DNA from: Ranitomeya imitator
Taxonomy: Eukaryota
Assembly: GCF_032444005.1 (NCBI RefSeq)
Contig: NC_091283.1
Coordinates: forward strand, 811,580,001-811,644,000
DNA: 64,000 nt
Reading direction: 5' to 3'
A program made the translations under genes and the position numbers. The notes below the pieces were generated by a model. It saw nothing but the letters and a program-made list of their open reading frames with translations. It was not told where the DNA came from and searched no databases. Shown in pieces: positions 13,840 to 25,956 of this stretch (positions are counted from its first letter, which is position 1; each line of letters opens with the position of its first letter).

Positions 13840-14319
13840 CGTCGCAGCTACAGCCACAACATTTTACACAGTCACACGTCTGGAACCCGAGAGCGTCATA
13901 GGCTATGTTGTGAGGCGAAATCTTAACCCTGCGCGTTCCAATTCACCAAACAATTTTGCCCCTATCCCTACATGGAAAAATTGCTACATGCACAAAAGTT
14001 GCAACACACAAAACTTGCACCTTCTCAAAACGCACCACACATAAAACTCGCCATGAGCAAAACTTGCTGCACACAACTTGCTACACTAATCAGGCACATG
14101 CAACTCGACACACAAAAAGTTGCTACACGCATGTTGCCACACAAAACTCAAAATACGGCACCTGTCAGTCACATGGCCTGTCTATTATGTGTATGTGTGA
14201 GCTAATATATACTGCCAGGGGGAGGGCTTCCTGTTGGCTGGGGATTTATCAGGCTGCCAATTTAGTTTACAAATACTGAGGTAAAAATACTGACTAAATA
14301 ACGTGTGAACGCGGTCTAA

Positions 14320-15830
14320 TACAGGAGGAGATGACACACAGATATATACTATATACAGGGGAGATGACACACAGATATATACTATATACAGGAGAGATGA
14401 CACACAGGTACATACTATTTACAGGGGAGATGACACACAGGTACATACTATATACAGGGGAGATGACACACAGGTACATACTATTTACAGGGGAGATGAC
14501 ACACAGGTACATACTATATATAAGAGGAGATGACATACAGGTATATACACTATATACAGGAGGAGATGACACAGGTATATACTATATACAGGAGGAGATG
14601 ACACGTATATACGATATACAGGAGCAGATGACACACAGATCTATACTATACACAGGAGGAGATGACATACAGGTAACTATATATAAGAGGAGATGACATA
14701 CAGGTACATACTATATACAGGGGAGATGACACACAGGTATATACTATACACAGGAGGAGATGACATACAGGTACATACTATATACAGGAGGAGATGGCTT
14801 ACAGGTATATACACTATATACAGGAGGAGATGACACAGGTATATACTATATACAGGAGGAGATGACACAGGTATATACTATATACAGGAGGAGATGACAC
14901 AGGTATATATTATATACAGGAGGAGATGACATACAGGTATATACTATATACAGGAGGAGATGACATACAGGTACATACTATATACAAGGGCGATGACACA
15001 CAGGTATATACTATACACAGGAGGAGATGACATACAGGTACATACTATATATAGGAGAAGATGACACGTATATACGATATACAGGAGCAGATCACACACA
15101 GATCTATACTATATACAGGAGGAGATGACACAGGTATATACTATATACAGGAGGAGATGACATACAGGTACATACTATACACAGGAGGAGATGACATACA
15201 GGTAAATACTATATACAGGAGGAGATGACATACAGATATATACTATATACAGGAGAAGATGACACATAGGTATATACAATATACAGGAGGAAATGACATA
15301 CAGCAGGTATCTACTATATAATTGTCTAAGGGTCACTTCCGTCTGCCCTCCTGTCTGTCTGTCACGGATATTCATTGGTCACGGCCTCTGTCTGTCATGG
15401 AAATCCAAGTCGCTGATTGGTCTCGCCAGCCGCCTGTCATAGCTACCGCGACCAATCAGCGACGGCCACAGTCCAATTAGTCCCTCCTTACTCCCCTGCA
15501 GTCAGTGCCCGGCGCCCGCTCCATACTCCCCTCCAGTCACCGCTCACACAGGGTTAATGCCAGCGGTAACGGACTACGTGGCTGCTATATACATATTCTA
15601 GAATACCCGATGCGTTAGAATCGGGCCACCATCTAGTATACTATATACAGGGAAGATGACATACAGGTATATACGATATACAGGGGAAATGACATACAGG
15701 TATATACTATATACAGGAGAAGATGACACATAGGTATATACAATATACAGGGGAGATGACATACAGGTATATACTATATACAGGGGAGATGACATACAGG
15801 TATATACTATATACAGGAGATGACATATGG
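14320..15830. repeat. ~30-35 bp minisatellite (TATATACAGGAGGAGATGACACACAGGTATATAC), interrupted at 15310-15636
   Basis: Tandem copies directly visible; source of the repetitive MTHRYILYTGE ORFs. Confidence 0.9.
15310..15636 (+). mobile_element. Second short Helitron nested in the first
   Basis: A|TCTACTATATAATTGTC start; CCCGAT-gcgttaga-ATCGGG hairpin at 15606-15625; CTAG|T end at 15633-15636. Confidence 0.75.
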
Positions 15831-16266
15831 GTGTATATTATATAAAAGGGAGATGACAAACATGTATATACTGAGGGGAAAATGAGAGGTGTGAGGTGAA
15901 AATGAGGGGTGTGAGGTGAAAATGAGGGGTGTAAGGTGAAAATGAGGGGTGTAAGGTGAAAATGAAAAGGTGCAAGTGCAAAATGAGAGGAGTGATCGGA
16001 AAATGACAGATGTGAGGTCGAAATGACAAGTGTTAGGGGGGAATGAGAGGAGTGAGGGGAAAATAAGAGGAGTGAGGGGGAAAATGAGAGGCGTGATGGA
16101 AAAATGAGAGAAGTGAGGTGCTATAACTAAGCACAGATACTTACTATGCCCAGGCAACGCCGGGCTCTTCAGCTAGTAAACAATAAATCTCAATACATTT
16201 TATATCCAACCAGAAATGTGAAAATAAGCAAGCATTGTTATTATATGCCGCATTATGTGCGCTCAC

Positions 16267-16473
16267 CTTCTGCTGTGCACGCACCATATTCATAAGTTGC
16301 TCTGCCCCGGGTGACATTTTCCCGCCCATGCTGTCCATAATGCTCTGCACACGATCCAGATTAATGGACGACCCCGGCACATATGGCGCTTGAGGACATC
16401 TATCAGGGACAGGGGTTATTTGTACTGAAATCTCGCTCACCAGGACACTGCACCGGCCGCCGAGTGACAGAAG
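16267..16473 (-). CDS. PAAT: PAAT/C10orf88 exon 3
   Basis: Acceptor ttttctgtcttcag, donor AAG|gtgagc, 207 bp, phase 0/0. LLSLGGRCSVLVSEI...INLDRVQSIMDSMGGKMSPGAEQLMNMVRAQQK matches recalled human LLSFGERQCVFISKV...IDLDKVQTIMESMGSKLSPGAQQLMDMVRCQQR. Confidence 0.92.
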
Positions 16474-16749
16474 CTGAAGACAGAAAAGTCAGTGAGTAAA
16501 ACTTCTAAATATTAGCCAGAACGTAAAAGATATAACCGACTGAAAGAGACATGTGGTTTTACCTAGAACAGTTAGCAGAATGGCATCCCCATACACACAC
16601 AGGCTTAATGTCAATATTGATATTTATGGGGCTTTTTAAATTAAAAAAATATATAGGCTGAACTCTGTACGTGCCCCACAGACAGGTTGACAAGAAGCTG
16701 CAACAACAAAGGTAGATCTAGTAGAAGCTTCTCCAGTCACTCTGATTAA

Positions 16750-17200
16750 CCCTGTACACGCAGCCATGTCCGCTTCCAGTGGATTAACCCTTTACAAGCA
16801 GCCGTCTTCCTCTAGATTAAACCTTTACAAGCAGCCATGTCTTCCTCTAGATTAAACCTTTACAAAAGCAGCCATGTCTTCCTCTAGATTAAACCTTTAT
16901 AAGCAGCCATGTCTTCCTCTAGATTAAACCTTTACAAGCAGCCATGTCTTCCTCTACATTAAACCTTTACAAGCAGCCATGTCTTCCTCTACATTAAACC
17001 TTTACAAATAGCCATGTTCTCCTCTAGTAGATTAACTTTTTACAAGCAGCCATGTCCACTTCTAGTGGATAAATCCTTTACAAGTAGCCATGTCTCCTCC
17101 TTGTAAATTAACCCTTTAAAAGCAGCCATGTCCTGTTCTAATGGATTAACCCTTTACTACCAGCTATGTCCTCTTCCTGTGGACCTGTGGATTAACCCTT
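16750..17200. repeat. ~35-37 bp minisatellite (TTAAACCTTTACAAGCAGCCATGTCTTCCTCTAGA)
   Basis: Tandem copies degrading toward the ends. Confidence 0.85.
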
Positions 17201-18082
17201 TACAAGCCAACCTATCCTTATCTATTAGATGGGCTGCATATTACAGAGACATCATATTACATGGCTGAAAAATAATATTCAGTTTGTGAAAAAGTTCAGG
17301 CTCCTGACAGAAGATGAGGAAAAGTTTTGCCTCATATGCGTTTTGCCGATTCGCTGCCCATTTGGATGCATAGGTGAATTCAAACCGTCATTTTAATTTC
17401 TATTACACAAATGAATAATACACAAGAAAGTAAGAAACTTTGTGATATATGTTATCAGGGAAATTTGCTTCTTTTCTCCTCCTGGACTGTGGTTACACTC
17501 GCAGTTCGTGGGTAGCATAGGTAATAAGTGAAGACATATTTTTGCATTACTGAGAAAGATGACAGTTGGTGTAGTTACAATAATATGGAAGGGGGAGGAG
17601 CTAGAGGCCGACACAGACATTCTGCTGCAAGTTCTCACTTCTCCATAGAACCTTATGAGCACCAACTATCATCTCCTCTCGGTAATGGGAATGTCTCTAT
17701 TCCCTGAAGACATATTTTTACCTTGAATTGAGAATTTTGAGAAAGAATGATCAGTATAGGAGGAGAAAGAAGATTTCTATAATAAACTTTGTAATATATC
17801 TTTTTATTTTCACATTTGCTATCGATTTATAAGAAAAAAAATTAAGTGACGGTTATAATTTAACATTGATAAAAACGTATAGAAAATTTACAAAACAGTA
17901 GTAAAATTTCAGTCGATTGGTTGTAATGCCAAATTGATTGAATTAACCCCTTTCCTGTGGTGTGAGGAACACATCATATCTCAGGTGCTGGTGTATGGAG
18001 TGGACTCAAGATCGACACCATATTTGCTCAATAGCATCTGTGAAGAACTCTCATCTGCTGCCATGTTTAGCCAAAAACGTAC

Positions 18083-18377
18083 TTTAACAATACAAGACGG
18101 CACCGGGAATTCGAATTTCAGGTGAGCTTTGTACAAAACTGCAGGACTTTCTTCTCCACTGCTCTCCAAAGTGCAAAATCTCTCCCCTCGACTGGTACCC
18201 AAGTACTCCTCTTCTTTGCCATTCTGCAACGCGCTGTAGATCTCAATAGTCCGGGCTTCACTATGGATCGTAATCCCCAGGATCCGATCCTTCCCTTGTG
18301 CTGCACACAGTAAAGACAAGGTGCATGAGTTGTCTCCTTTAGAGGGTGTCGGTAGCTCCAGAAGTACACAATGCTCC
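18083..18377 (-). CDS. PAAT: PAAT/C10orf88 exon 2
   Basis: Acceptor tttctttctcag, donor AAA|gtacgt. CTLSLLC...ILGITIHSEARTIEIY...EEYLGTSRGERFCTL...LYKAHLKFEFPVPSCIVK matches recalled human SSARNMEVY..EEYCGTSRG..LYKKNLKLE..ACKIK. Confidence 0.92.
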
Positions 18378-18546
18378 CTGAGAAAGAAACACAATGACAA
18401 ATATACATTAGTGACTTAATTCTTCTTCATATCTTCTGTCCAGATTTGTGAGGGGGGGGAGGGAGTCGCAAGTAGCATAAAAGTGGAGGAAATTTTGTAA
18501 AATAATATTTAAAAAAATCTGCAGTGGATATTGATGTGGATTTTAA

Positions 18547-19044
18547 CCCCTCCCTGCAATAGGACGTACTGGTACATTATATGTTGCGTCCAGGTGCATG
18601 TAGTGGGATCAGAAGTTGAGCCTGTAGCATACAGCACACGTATAGGGCGGCATTGGCCTCTAAAAGCAGCAACCAGAGCCAGCTCTCATTGCTGCAGTTT
18701 AACCATTTGAATGCTGCCATCAATATTTCAACTTTAATAAGTTCCCACTGCAATGAGATTGTGGGAAACCAATGAATTGTCATGTCATCTGGGGGGCTTA
18801 CTTTCCGTACCATCTTGGTGCTCCGATGAATCATAAGTAACTCCCTCTTAAAAATGCAATAAAAACATTGCATGTACACCAAATATTTTTTTAATTACAC
18901 AAATTTCTCCATTTTTTTTTTAATAAATAAATTTAAAAAAAAAGCAAGCCTACGTGTACACAAAAACTAAAAAGTTATGAACCTTAAAAAAAGGGGAGGA
19001 AAAATAAAAGTACAAAAATAAAAGACTGCCCTGAAAAGAAGGGG
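18547..19044. mobile_element. piggyBac-like TTAA non-autonomous element
   Basis: TTAA|CCCCT...AAGGGG|TTAA termini. Confidence 0.55.
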
Positions 19045-19448
19045 TTAAATCTGCCGGACGTCCCTTTAAGCTGTCGGTTTTGACCTTTGCGATGTGAAAT
19101 CTGTACGCACTGGGTCAAGTTTCGGCACAGACATCACTCACCCTGATGCAATGCAAAGGGCAATATGTGCACGTGATTATATCCTGGGGGAGGGGCGGGG
19201 GGGCACACCACACCATCACATTATATTCCAGGGGTCTGCAACCTGTGGGATTCCTGCAGCTGTGCAACTACAACTCCCAGCAGTCTGGGAATGGCGCCGA
19301 TTGCCGACCCCTAGTCCTGGAAAACACATGATTTTGGAGGGGGAAAAAAGACTATAAACTGGTTATGCTAATAATAAAATACCCCAATAATTGTAGGGGT
19401 GGCAGACTCCTTGCATGGGTGACAGACCCCCTTAAATTGAGTTCTCAC

Positions 19449-19600
19449 CTAGAGGGAGTCTCCTCGTCATTTTGGGCAGGACAGTCCGCGGCAGACAACT
19501 TCAGCACAGATGCCAGCTCAGCCTGGCACCGCCAGGAGCTAGAACACAGCATGGGAGGCTGAGGACGCCCGGCCAGCAGGTCAGACCGTGGTCCGGACAT
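19449..19600 (-). CDS. PAAT: PAAT/C10orf88 first coding exon
   Basis: ATG at 19600-19598, MSGPRSDLLAGRPQPPMLCSSSW... (human has the SSW motif), donor AG|gtgaga phase 2. Five exons sum to 1230 nt = 409 aa + stop. Downstream in-frame ATG (MLCSSSW) is an alternative start. Confidence 0.8.
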
Positions 19601-19699
19601 CACCGAGCAGACGCTGAGTGCAGACACCGGCCTAAGAGTGCGGTATACTACGGGGCCAGTCACAGGCAGCCATGACAGCAAGTAGGGGGGGACAACGAG

Positions 19700-19960
19700 A
19701 ATCAGTACTGAAAATCAATGACAGACGCGAAACCGGAAGTTGATGGATGGGAGGACACATTTTTTGATGCACTACTTCCGGTCCCAGCCTGAAGCGCCGC
19801 CTCCAGAACATTAAAAGACATTCCGGCGGCCATTTTGTCGTAGTCCAAATTGTGTGCAGCCAGTGGGCGGTCTCTGTGATTACATGTCACATGATCAGGT
19901 TTACTATGACTATGGCTCAGTAGATCCTGCTGTATGTATGTATGCGCATTGCGCATGTCT
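19700..19960. promoter_or_regulatory. CpG-rich housekeeping-type promoter of PAAT
   Basis: Inverted pair of ETS motifs (ACCGGAAGT ~19732-19740, ACTTCCGGT ~19773-19781), YY1-like GGCCATTTT ~19828, NRF1-like TGCGCAT repeats ~19943-19957. Confidence 0.65.
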
Positions 19961-21329
19961 GCAATGAAGGCTGCAGGGCGGTTATGCAGGACGTTATGCC
20001 ACAGTGTTAAAAGCAAAAAGTTGCAGTCAAATCTATTAAGCTGTTAAACTCGGACTAGATATTCTGAATTATTGGACTCTTCATGAGGGGAAAATGAAGA
20101 ATGCACTAAAACCATGGGGCAGCTTTATCAAAACTGAAACAAAAAAACTCTGCAATGTCCGTGGCAACCAATCACAGTGCAGCTTTTATTTTCAAGGAGC
20201 AGCTTAAAAGAGTGAAGCTGAGTCCTGATTGGCTGTCGGGGGCACCAGCGATGGTAGATGAGGCGCATTGACTGGTATTGGTCGACGTGCAAAAAACTGA
20301 CCGAAAATGCGTTTGATCTTGACCTTACTGCACTATTGGATGGCAGAGTAAAGGAGTGGTGGCACTACTGTGGTGCGGTCTATCTGCCCGTTAGGCGGAG
20401 CTCACACAACCGGTTTTCAGTCCGATTGATAGGATGACAGCACTTCGACCAATGTTCTTAAATGGGGCGGTGTGGGTGAGCGTTTTTTTTTCACAGACAA
20501 TCTGTGTGAAAAAAATCTCAGCCTGCACTAGTGTCTGCTTTATGCTGGATGAGATGCTCCCATTCAAGTCTATGAGTGCGCAGAAAAAAATCGGATTCTG
20601 TATGGGGACACAGCATAACAGCCGTATAGTATCCGATCGTTACAGATTCATTGCAAATCCTTAACCTAAGATACTGTAAATGGTCCTGTCAATTTTTTGG
20701 ATGAAACACTGACGATTGTTTTATACGCTGGTGTGAACGCAGCCTCCATGGGTTGTCTGGTCTCACGTACTGATGACCTATCGATAGGAGCACCCGCCGA
20801 CAGCTGTTATTTGCTCTGGTGGCCTCCGGATGGGAGCTGCACGGCGCTTCTTCAATGTTTCGCAGCCGCTCCCGAGTGCCGCAGATCAGCTCTTATTCTC
20901 ATTCTCTATAACAAAATAGTTTGCTGTTCTGCAGAGTAAGGCAATGGCCACTACACCTGGAATGGAGACGCATCTTGCCGCTCAGTTTAAAGTGTTTGCA
21001 TCCAGAGGCCGCCAAAGCAAACGACAGCTGATCGGTTGGGGACTACTATTGTTAGGCAAGTACGGACTGGGGCTGAATTCAGCCCTGGCATTTGAAATCA
21101 CACAGGCCCATGTTGTCTCCGTCCCCAAGCATCAGATGAGATATATTACTAATATTACCCTGGATGGAGGAAAGCAAGATTTACTACAAGACCAATATTT
21201 CCAATGATACCCATTGCCTGCTGGGGTAAGTGACGGAGTCAGCAACTTTGTGCTCCATCACAACTCTAAACAGTATGGGTGTCTTGAGAACACGGATTCC
21301 GTTAACAACATAGCAGACAAGGCAGCGAG

Positions 21330-21615
21330 TGATGAGCAAGTATACTCGCTGCTCGGGTGATCTGCGAGTATTTATGACTGCTCGTAGATTTAGTTTTTGT
21401 CCACACAGCTGCATGATTTACAGCTGCTAGATAGCCTGAATACATGTGGGGGTTCCCTAACAACCAGGCAACCCCCACACGTACTCAGGCTGGGTACCAG
21501 CCGTAAATCATGCAGCTGCGTCGACAAAAAGTAAATCTCCGAGCAGTCACAAATACTCGGAGACCACCCGAGCGTGCTCGGGAAAACGCGAGCGAGTATA
21601 CTCGCTCATCACTAA
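21330..21615. mobile_element. GTGATGAGCG-ended fold-back MITE (same family at ~6330-6615 and ~27838-28143)
   Basis: GTGATGAGCAAGTATACTCG ... CGAGTATACTCGCTCATCAC inverted termini. Confidence 0.7.
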
Positions 21616-21870
21616 AGGCAGCCCATGACCAGATAGGCCCTTCTGGCATTTGCCAGATGGCCAGTCCGGCCCTGCTCAGCGGTGGTCCCTCCCTGGAGAT
21701 TTCTTCTACTGTATGTTAGTCTCTCGGTACGGTGCTGTCATGGTGCAGGGAAAAAGTAATTGCTTACCGGTAGTTGGATTTTCCTGGACCATGAGAGCAC
21801 CATGCTATTTAGCTCTCTTTCTAGTGGTGGAATGTTTTCCCTCTTTTTTCCACTGGGTAAAATAATTATG

Positions 21871-24625
21871 AGGCTATGTGCACACATTGCGGATTTGCCT
21901 GCGGATCCGCAGCGTTTTTGATGCTGCGGATCTGCAGCAATTTCCCATGTGTTTTCCAGTAGCATGTTAACCTATGGAAAACCAAATCTGCTGTGCACAT
22001 GCTGCGGAAAAAAACGCGCGGAAACGCAGAGGTGTATTTTCCGCAGCATGTCAATCCTTTTTGCAGATCTGCACCGTTTCTCCACCCATTGACTTGCATT
22101 GAGTGAGGCACATCCGCAGCAAAACCGCAGATGTAAAAAAGATCTGCGGTTTTGCTGCGGATGAAACGCAGATTGGGAGGAGTGTGGGTGGAGCTATGTG
22201 CGTGTATGTGTGTGTGCAGGGTCTGCGTGTCAGTGTCTGGGGGTCTGCGGGGCTGTCCATGGGTGTGCAGGGGTCTGTGGGGCTGTCTGGGGGTCTGCCA
22301 TGGCTGTCCAGGGGTCTGCGGGGCTGTCTAGGAGTCTGCGGGGCTGTGTCATATTGTGTGTGTGTGTGTGTGTGCAGGCATCGTCCAATGGGACTACAAG
22401 TCCCATCCGGCTATGCCTGCTACAGTGACAGTAACTGACACATTAGCCAATGATGGGACAGTAGTAGTCCCATCATCCGGCTAATGTGTTGAATGTAAAA
22501 AAAAAAAACACATATACAGTACAGACAGTACATAGTTTCTACAGACTTGTTCACTGTGCAAGTAGCCCATGTGTTTTTGGTTCTATAATTGTTCTCTTGT
22601 TTCTACAAGACTGGGGAGTCCACCACTCCTCTGTGGGTCATTTGCATTGTAGCTGTTCCATCCAGCATGTCCACATGGATATTTTCTCTCTGAACCCTGC
22701 TTCTACAGGTACTATACAGATGATCAGGTTTTAAATACATCAGATAGGGATTATATACATTAGATAGGACTGCTCTATTATGGGTATACCTTGGCGATTG
22801 GTGGAGCAGCTTAACATACATTTTTTTGCAAAAAAACGTATTAACTAAATACCCTGTATTTTTTTTCATTTTTTGACTAGCACTTGCTTATTTACTGTGA
22901 ATTTTTTACAACAGAGTATTTTTCACTTCGCTGTGCGCTTTTGTGTCATACAGTACATATACAGTTCACATTCACCATATATAGTTCACATTCACCAATC
23001 ACCTTGTTCCCGAAGCCCACGCTCACCTGAAAAAAAATTAAAATAATAAACCAAAAATATACCGTACTCCCTGTGTCCGCAGTAATCCAATTAGAACGAT
23101 TGTCTCACGACGATCTCCCGTGGAGAGCTGCCACATTAGCAGATGCGACTACTCTCCACGGCCCTCGGGATACAATGACGGAAGGTATCCTTCGGCACTG
23201 TGTCCCTCCGCTGTGAGTACAGTATAGTTCATACTGTCACTTGCAGCACTGTTGCGTGGGAAAATTCCCACACAGCATTGCCATAAAGTGAGAGCAATGA
23301 ACTAAAGTAACCTCTTCAGTGATGCACTGCAGGAGCCATTGTCTCCCGTCAATGTGTCACTGGAGGCCCTATAGAGCGGTGACATCCCCCGATGTCACTG
23401 TTCTATAGGGGAGATTGTTGTGGGACATTCGTTATTAATAGGACTGCGTCGGACAGGGATTATACGGTTGGTTTATTTTATTTTTTTTGCAGGCGATCGA
23501 GGGCATTGCAGGAATTAGGCGTAGTTGTAAGCATGGTGAAATTAAGAATATTAAAATACTTTATTCTTATGTCTTTTTTTTACTCTTTCACTACTGTAGG
23601 ATTAGTAATGGATACATGTCTTATTGAAGCCTCTCCATTACTAACCAGGCTTAATGTCACCTTACAATACAAAGGTGACATTAACCCCTTACCCCATATC
23701 CCACCGCTACAGGGCAGTGGGAAGAGAGAGGCTAAGTGCCGGAATTGGTGCATCTTACTGATGCACCATTTCTGGGGCGGCTGTGGACTGGTATTTGTAG
23801 CCGGGGGGCAAATATCCATGGCCCCTCTCTAAGCTATGAATATCAGTCCACAGCTGTCTGTGTAGCCTTTCTGGCTATAAAATATAGGGGGACCCCACGT
23901 CTTTTTTTTGGGGGGGAAGGGTCCCCCTATTTTAACAGCCAGTAAAGGCTATTCAGACAGCTGCGGGCTGATATTCATAGCCTGGGAAGGGGCCATGGGT
24001 ATTACCCCCTTCCCAGGCTACAAATATAAGGCCCCCGGCCGTCGGCTTTCCCCCTCTGGCGCAGAAAATTGCACGGGAGCCCAAACCATTTTTTTTTTTA
24101 AATTAAACATATTGTTCATTAATAAACATCGGCCTTGCTATTATATATCTATGGATAGATGTAGATAGATATATGGTTAGATAGATATATGGATAGATAA
24201 ATCTATGTATCTATAGATATATCTATCTCATTCCTTATATCTATCATCTATCTCATTCCTTCTATCATCTATCTCATTCCTCCTATCTATAGAAGGAATG
24301 AGACAGATAGATCTATAGATAGATGGAAGGAATGAGATAGATAATAGATAGATCTATGCATAGATCTATAGATAACATGATCTATCTATCCCATATCTAT
24401 CTGTGTGTGTAATGGAGTGTGGGTTGGACAAATGAAAGAAAAGAGGAGGTTGGACAAGAAATTACATCACAAATCTTTTTTTTTTTTTGTTCAATAATAG
24501 ATCTTTATTAAGCTTTCAAAAACATACAAATCCGCATAAAAAAACACACCTGCGTTTTCTGCCAAGAGATGCGGACTCAGTGCGGAAAAATCTGTAGGCA
24601 AATCGGCAACGTGTGCACATACCCT
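21871..24625. mobile_element. ~2.75 kb non-autonomous DNA element with AGGCTATGTGCACAC / GTGTGCACATACCCT termini; contains (TG)n and (TAGA)n
   Basis: Matching inverted termini, no transposase ORF; short members of the same end family at ~43697-44037 and ~58812-59193. Confidence 0.55.
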
Positions 24626-24818
24626 AAAAAAGCCTTTTGGTATGTGGTGAAGACAAAGGCATGTTTGTGCATATGTGCAGCTACCTCGTATTCTCTGTGC
24701 ACACTGAGGACTATGGAGAGGTACCACCCTTTCATTTCAATAGGTTTCCTGTTCCTAGGTGTGGATACTCGGTACGGTACTGTCATGGTTTTGAAAAATC
24801 CAATTACTGGTAAGCAAT

Positions 24819-25956
24819 TGTGGCGCCCTAGGGTCCTGGTCATCACAGTAACGTTGCTTTCCTCACGGGGAGAGTGATGTTACATTTGGAAGCGTTGATG
24901 GATATCTTTTATCAGGTACCCACAATACACACAAAATGTTCACACTCCAGGCCACAAGGGGGAGCTTTTGATCCTATTTCCTAGGTGACTCCCCTATATA
25001 CAGTATATTGTGGTTTGGAGGGAAACAGATTAGATTGTCTGAGAGAAGGGAGCAGACCGACCTAGAGGGTCAGAACGTCTGAAGGGGCCGTGTAGTCTGA
25101 AGCACCACAGCTCCTGGAAAGAGACATACAGAAAGCCGAACATTGTTGAGTGAGCGTGCAGGAGAGCGAAGCACAGGAGAGTAACATCAGGGGAGCCTGG
25201 CTAAGAGCAGGCTGCCTCCCTCTGAGGTGCAGGTAACCGGTAGCCGGACCACTTAGGTTGTAAGGACTCTACGACTTACAGCAGAGACCGGCAGGACAGC
25301 TGAACTGCAAGTTACCTGTCCGCCTTAGTACCCAGGAGGCACGGTGACTCCTATAGAGCCCAGGGCGTGCTAGAGTCCCTGTAAAAAGGCTCAACACCAG
25401 TCATACGGGTTATCTCCTATCCTATATGGGGGAAAGAGAGAACTGTGAGGACCTTATCTGAAGCCATAGGCAGTAAGGGACAACACCACCACGCTAGAGG
25501 AAGGCTTTCATCTCTGCCTGGTAAAGGGGACTCTGGATTCTCTTCCAAGCCGGCCGGACCCTGCCTGCCCTGTGATCTGGTGCCCTGGACTGTGGCTGCC
25601 TGAAGACTTCAGTAAACCAGGTAAAGAGACTGCAAACCTGTGTCCTTGTTCTTTACTGCGCCATTCACCATCTTCATCTACACACCGGGAGCGCTGGGGA
25701 CATACTTTATCTGTGGGAAGTTATACCATCTAGCTGCCAAAACATCACCCCAGTGGACCCCTTAAAGCAGCGTCGGTCCCCACTGACTGAATACCACAGG
25801 TGGCGTCACGAACATTAACCCTATTCACCAAATCCCTTTAAAGTCTTTCCCCTTTTACATGGGCGCCCAGGGCCACGAACTGGGTCGCCACCGTGACATC
25901 CCACTGTGAACACTGGACCTGGTACCGGGTAGCCCACGGCCCTGGCGGGCGACTCA
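24819..25956. mobile_element. Solo LTR with 4-bp TSD CAAT
   Basis: TG start (TGTGGCGCCC), CA end (GGCGACTCA), CAAT on both flanks (24815-24818, 25957-25960), no internal ORF. Confidence 0.7.

Larger units (their letters stand above)
13643..16176 (+). mobile_element. Non-autonomous Helitron carrying minisatellites, in PAAT intron 3
   Basis: A|TC 5' end at 13643, CTAG|T 3' end at 16173-16176, subterminal GC hairpin GCCCAGGC-AAC-GCCGGGC (16148-16165), no TSD. Confidence 0.75.
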
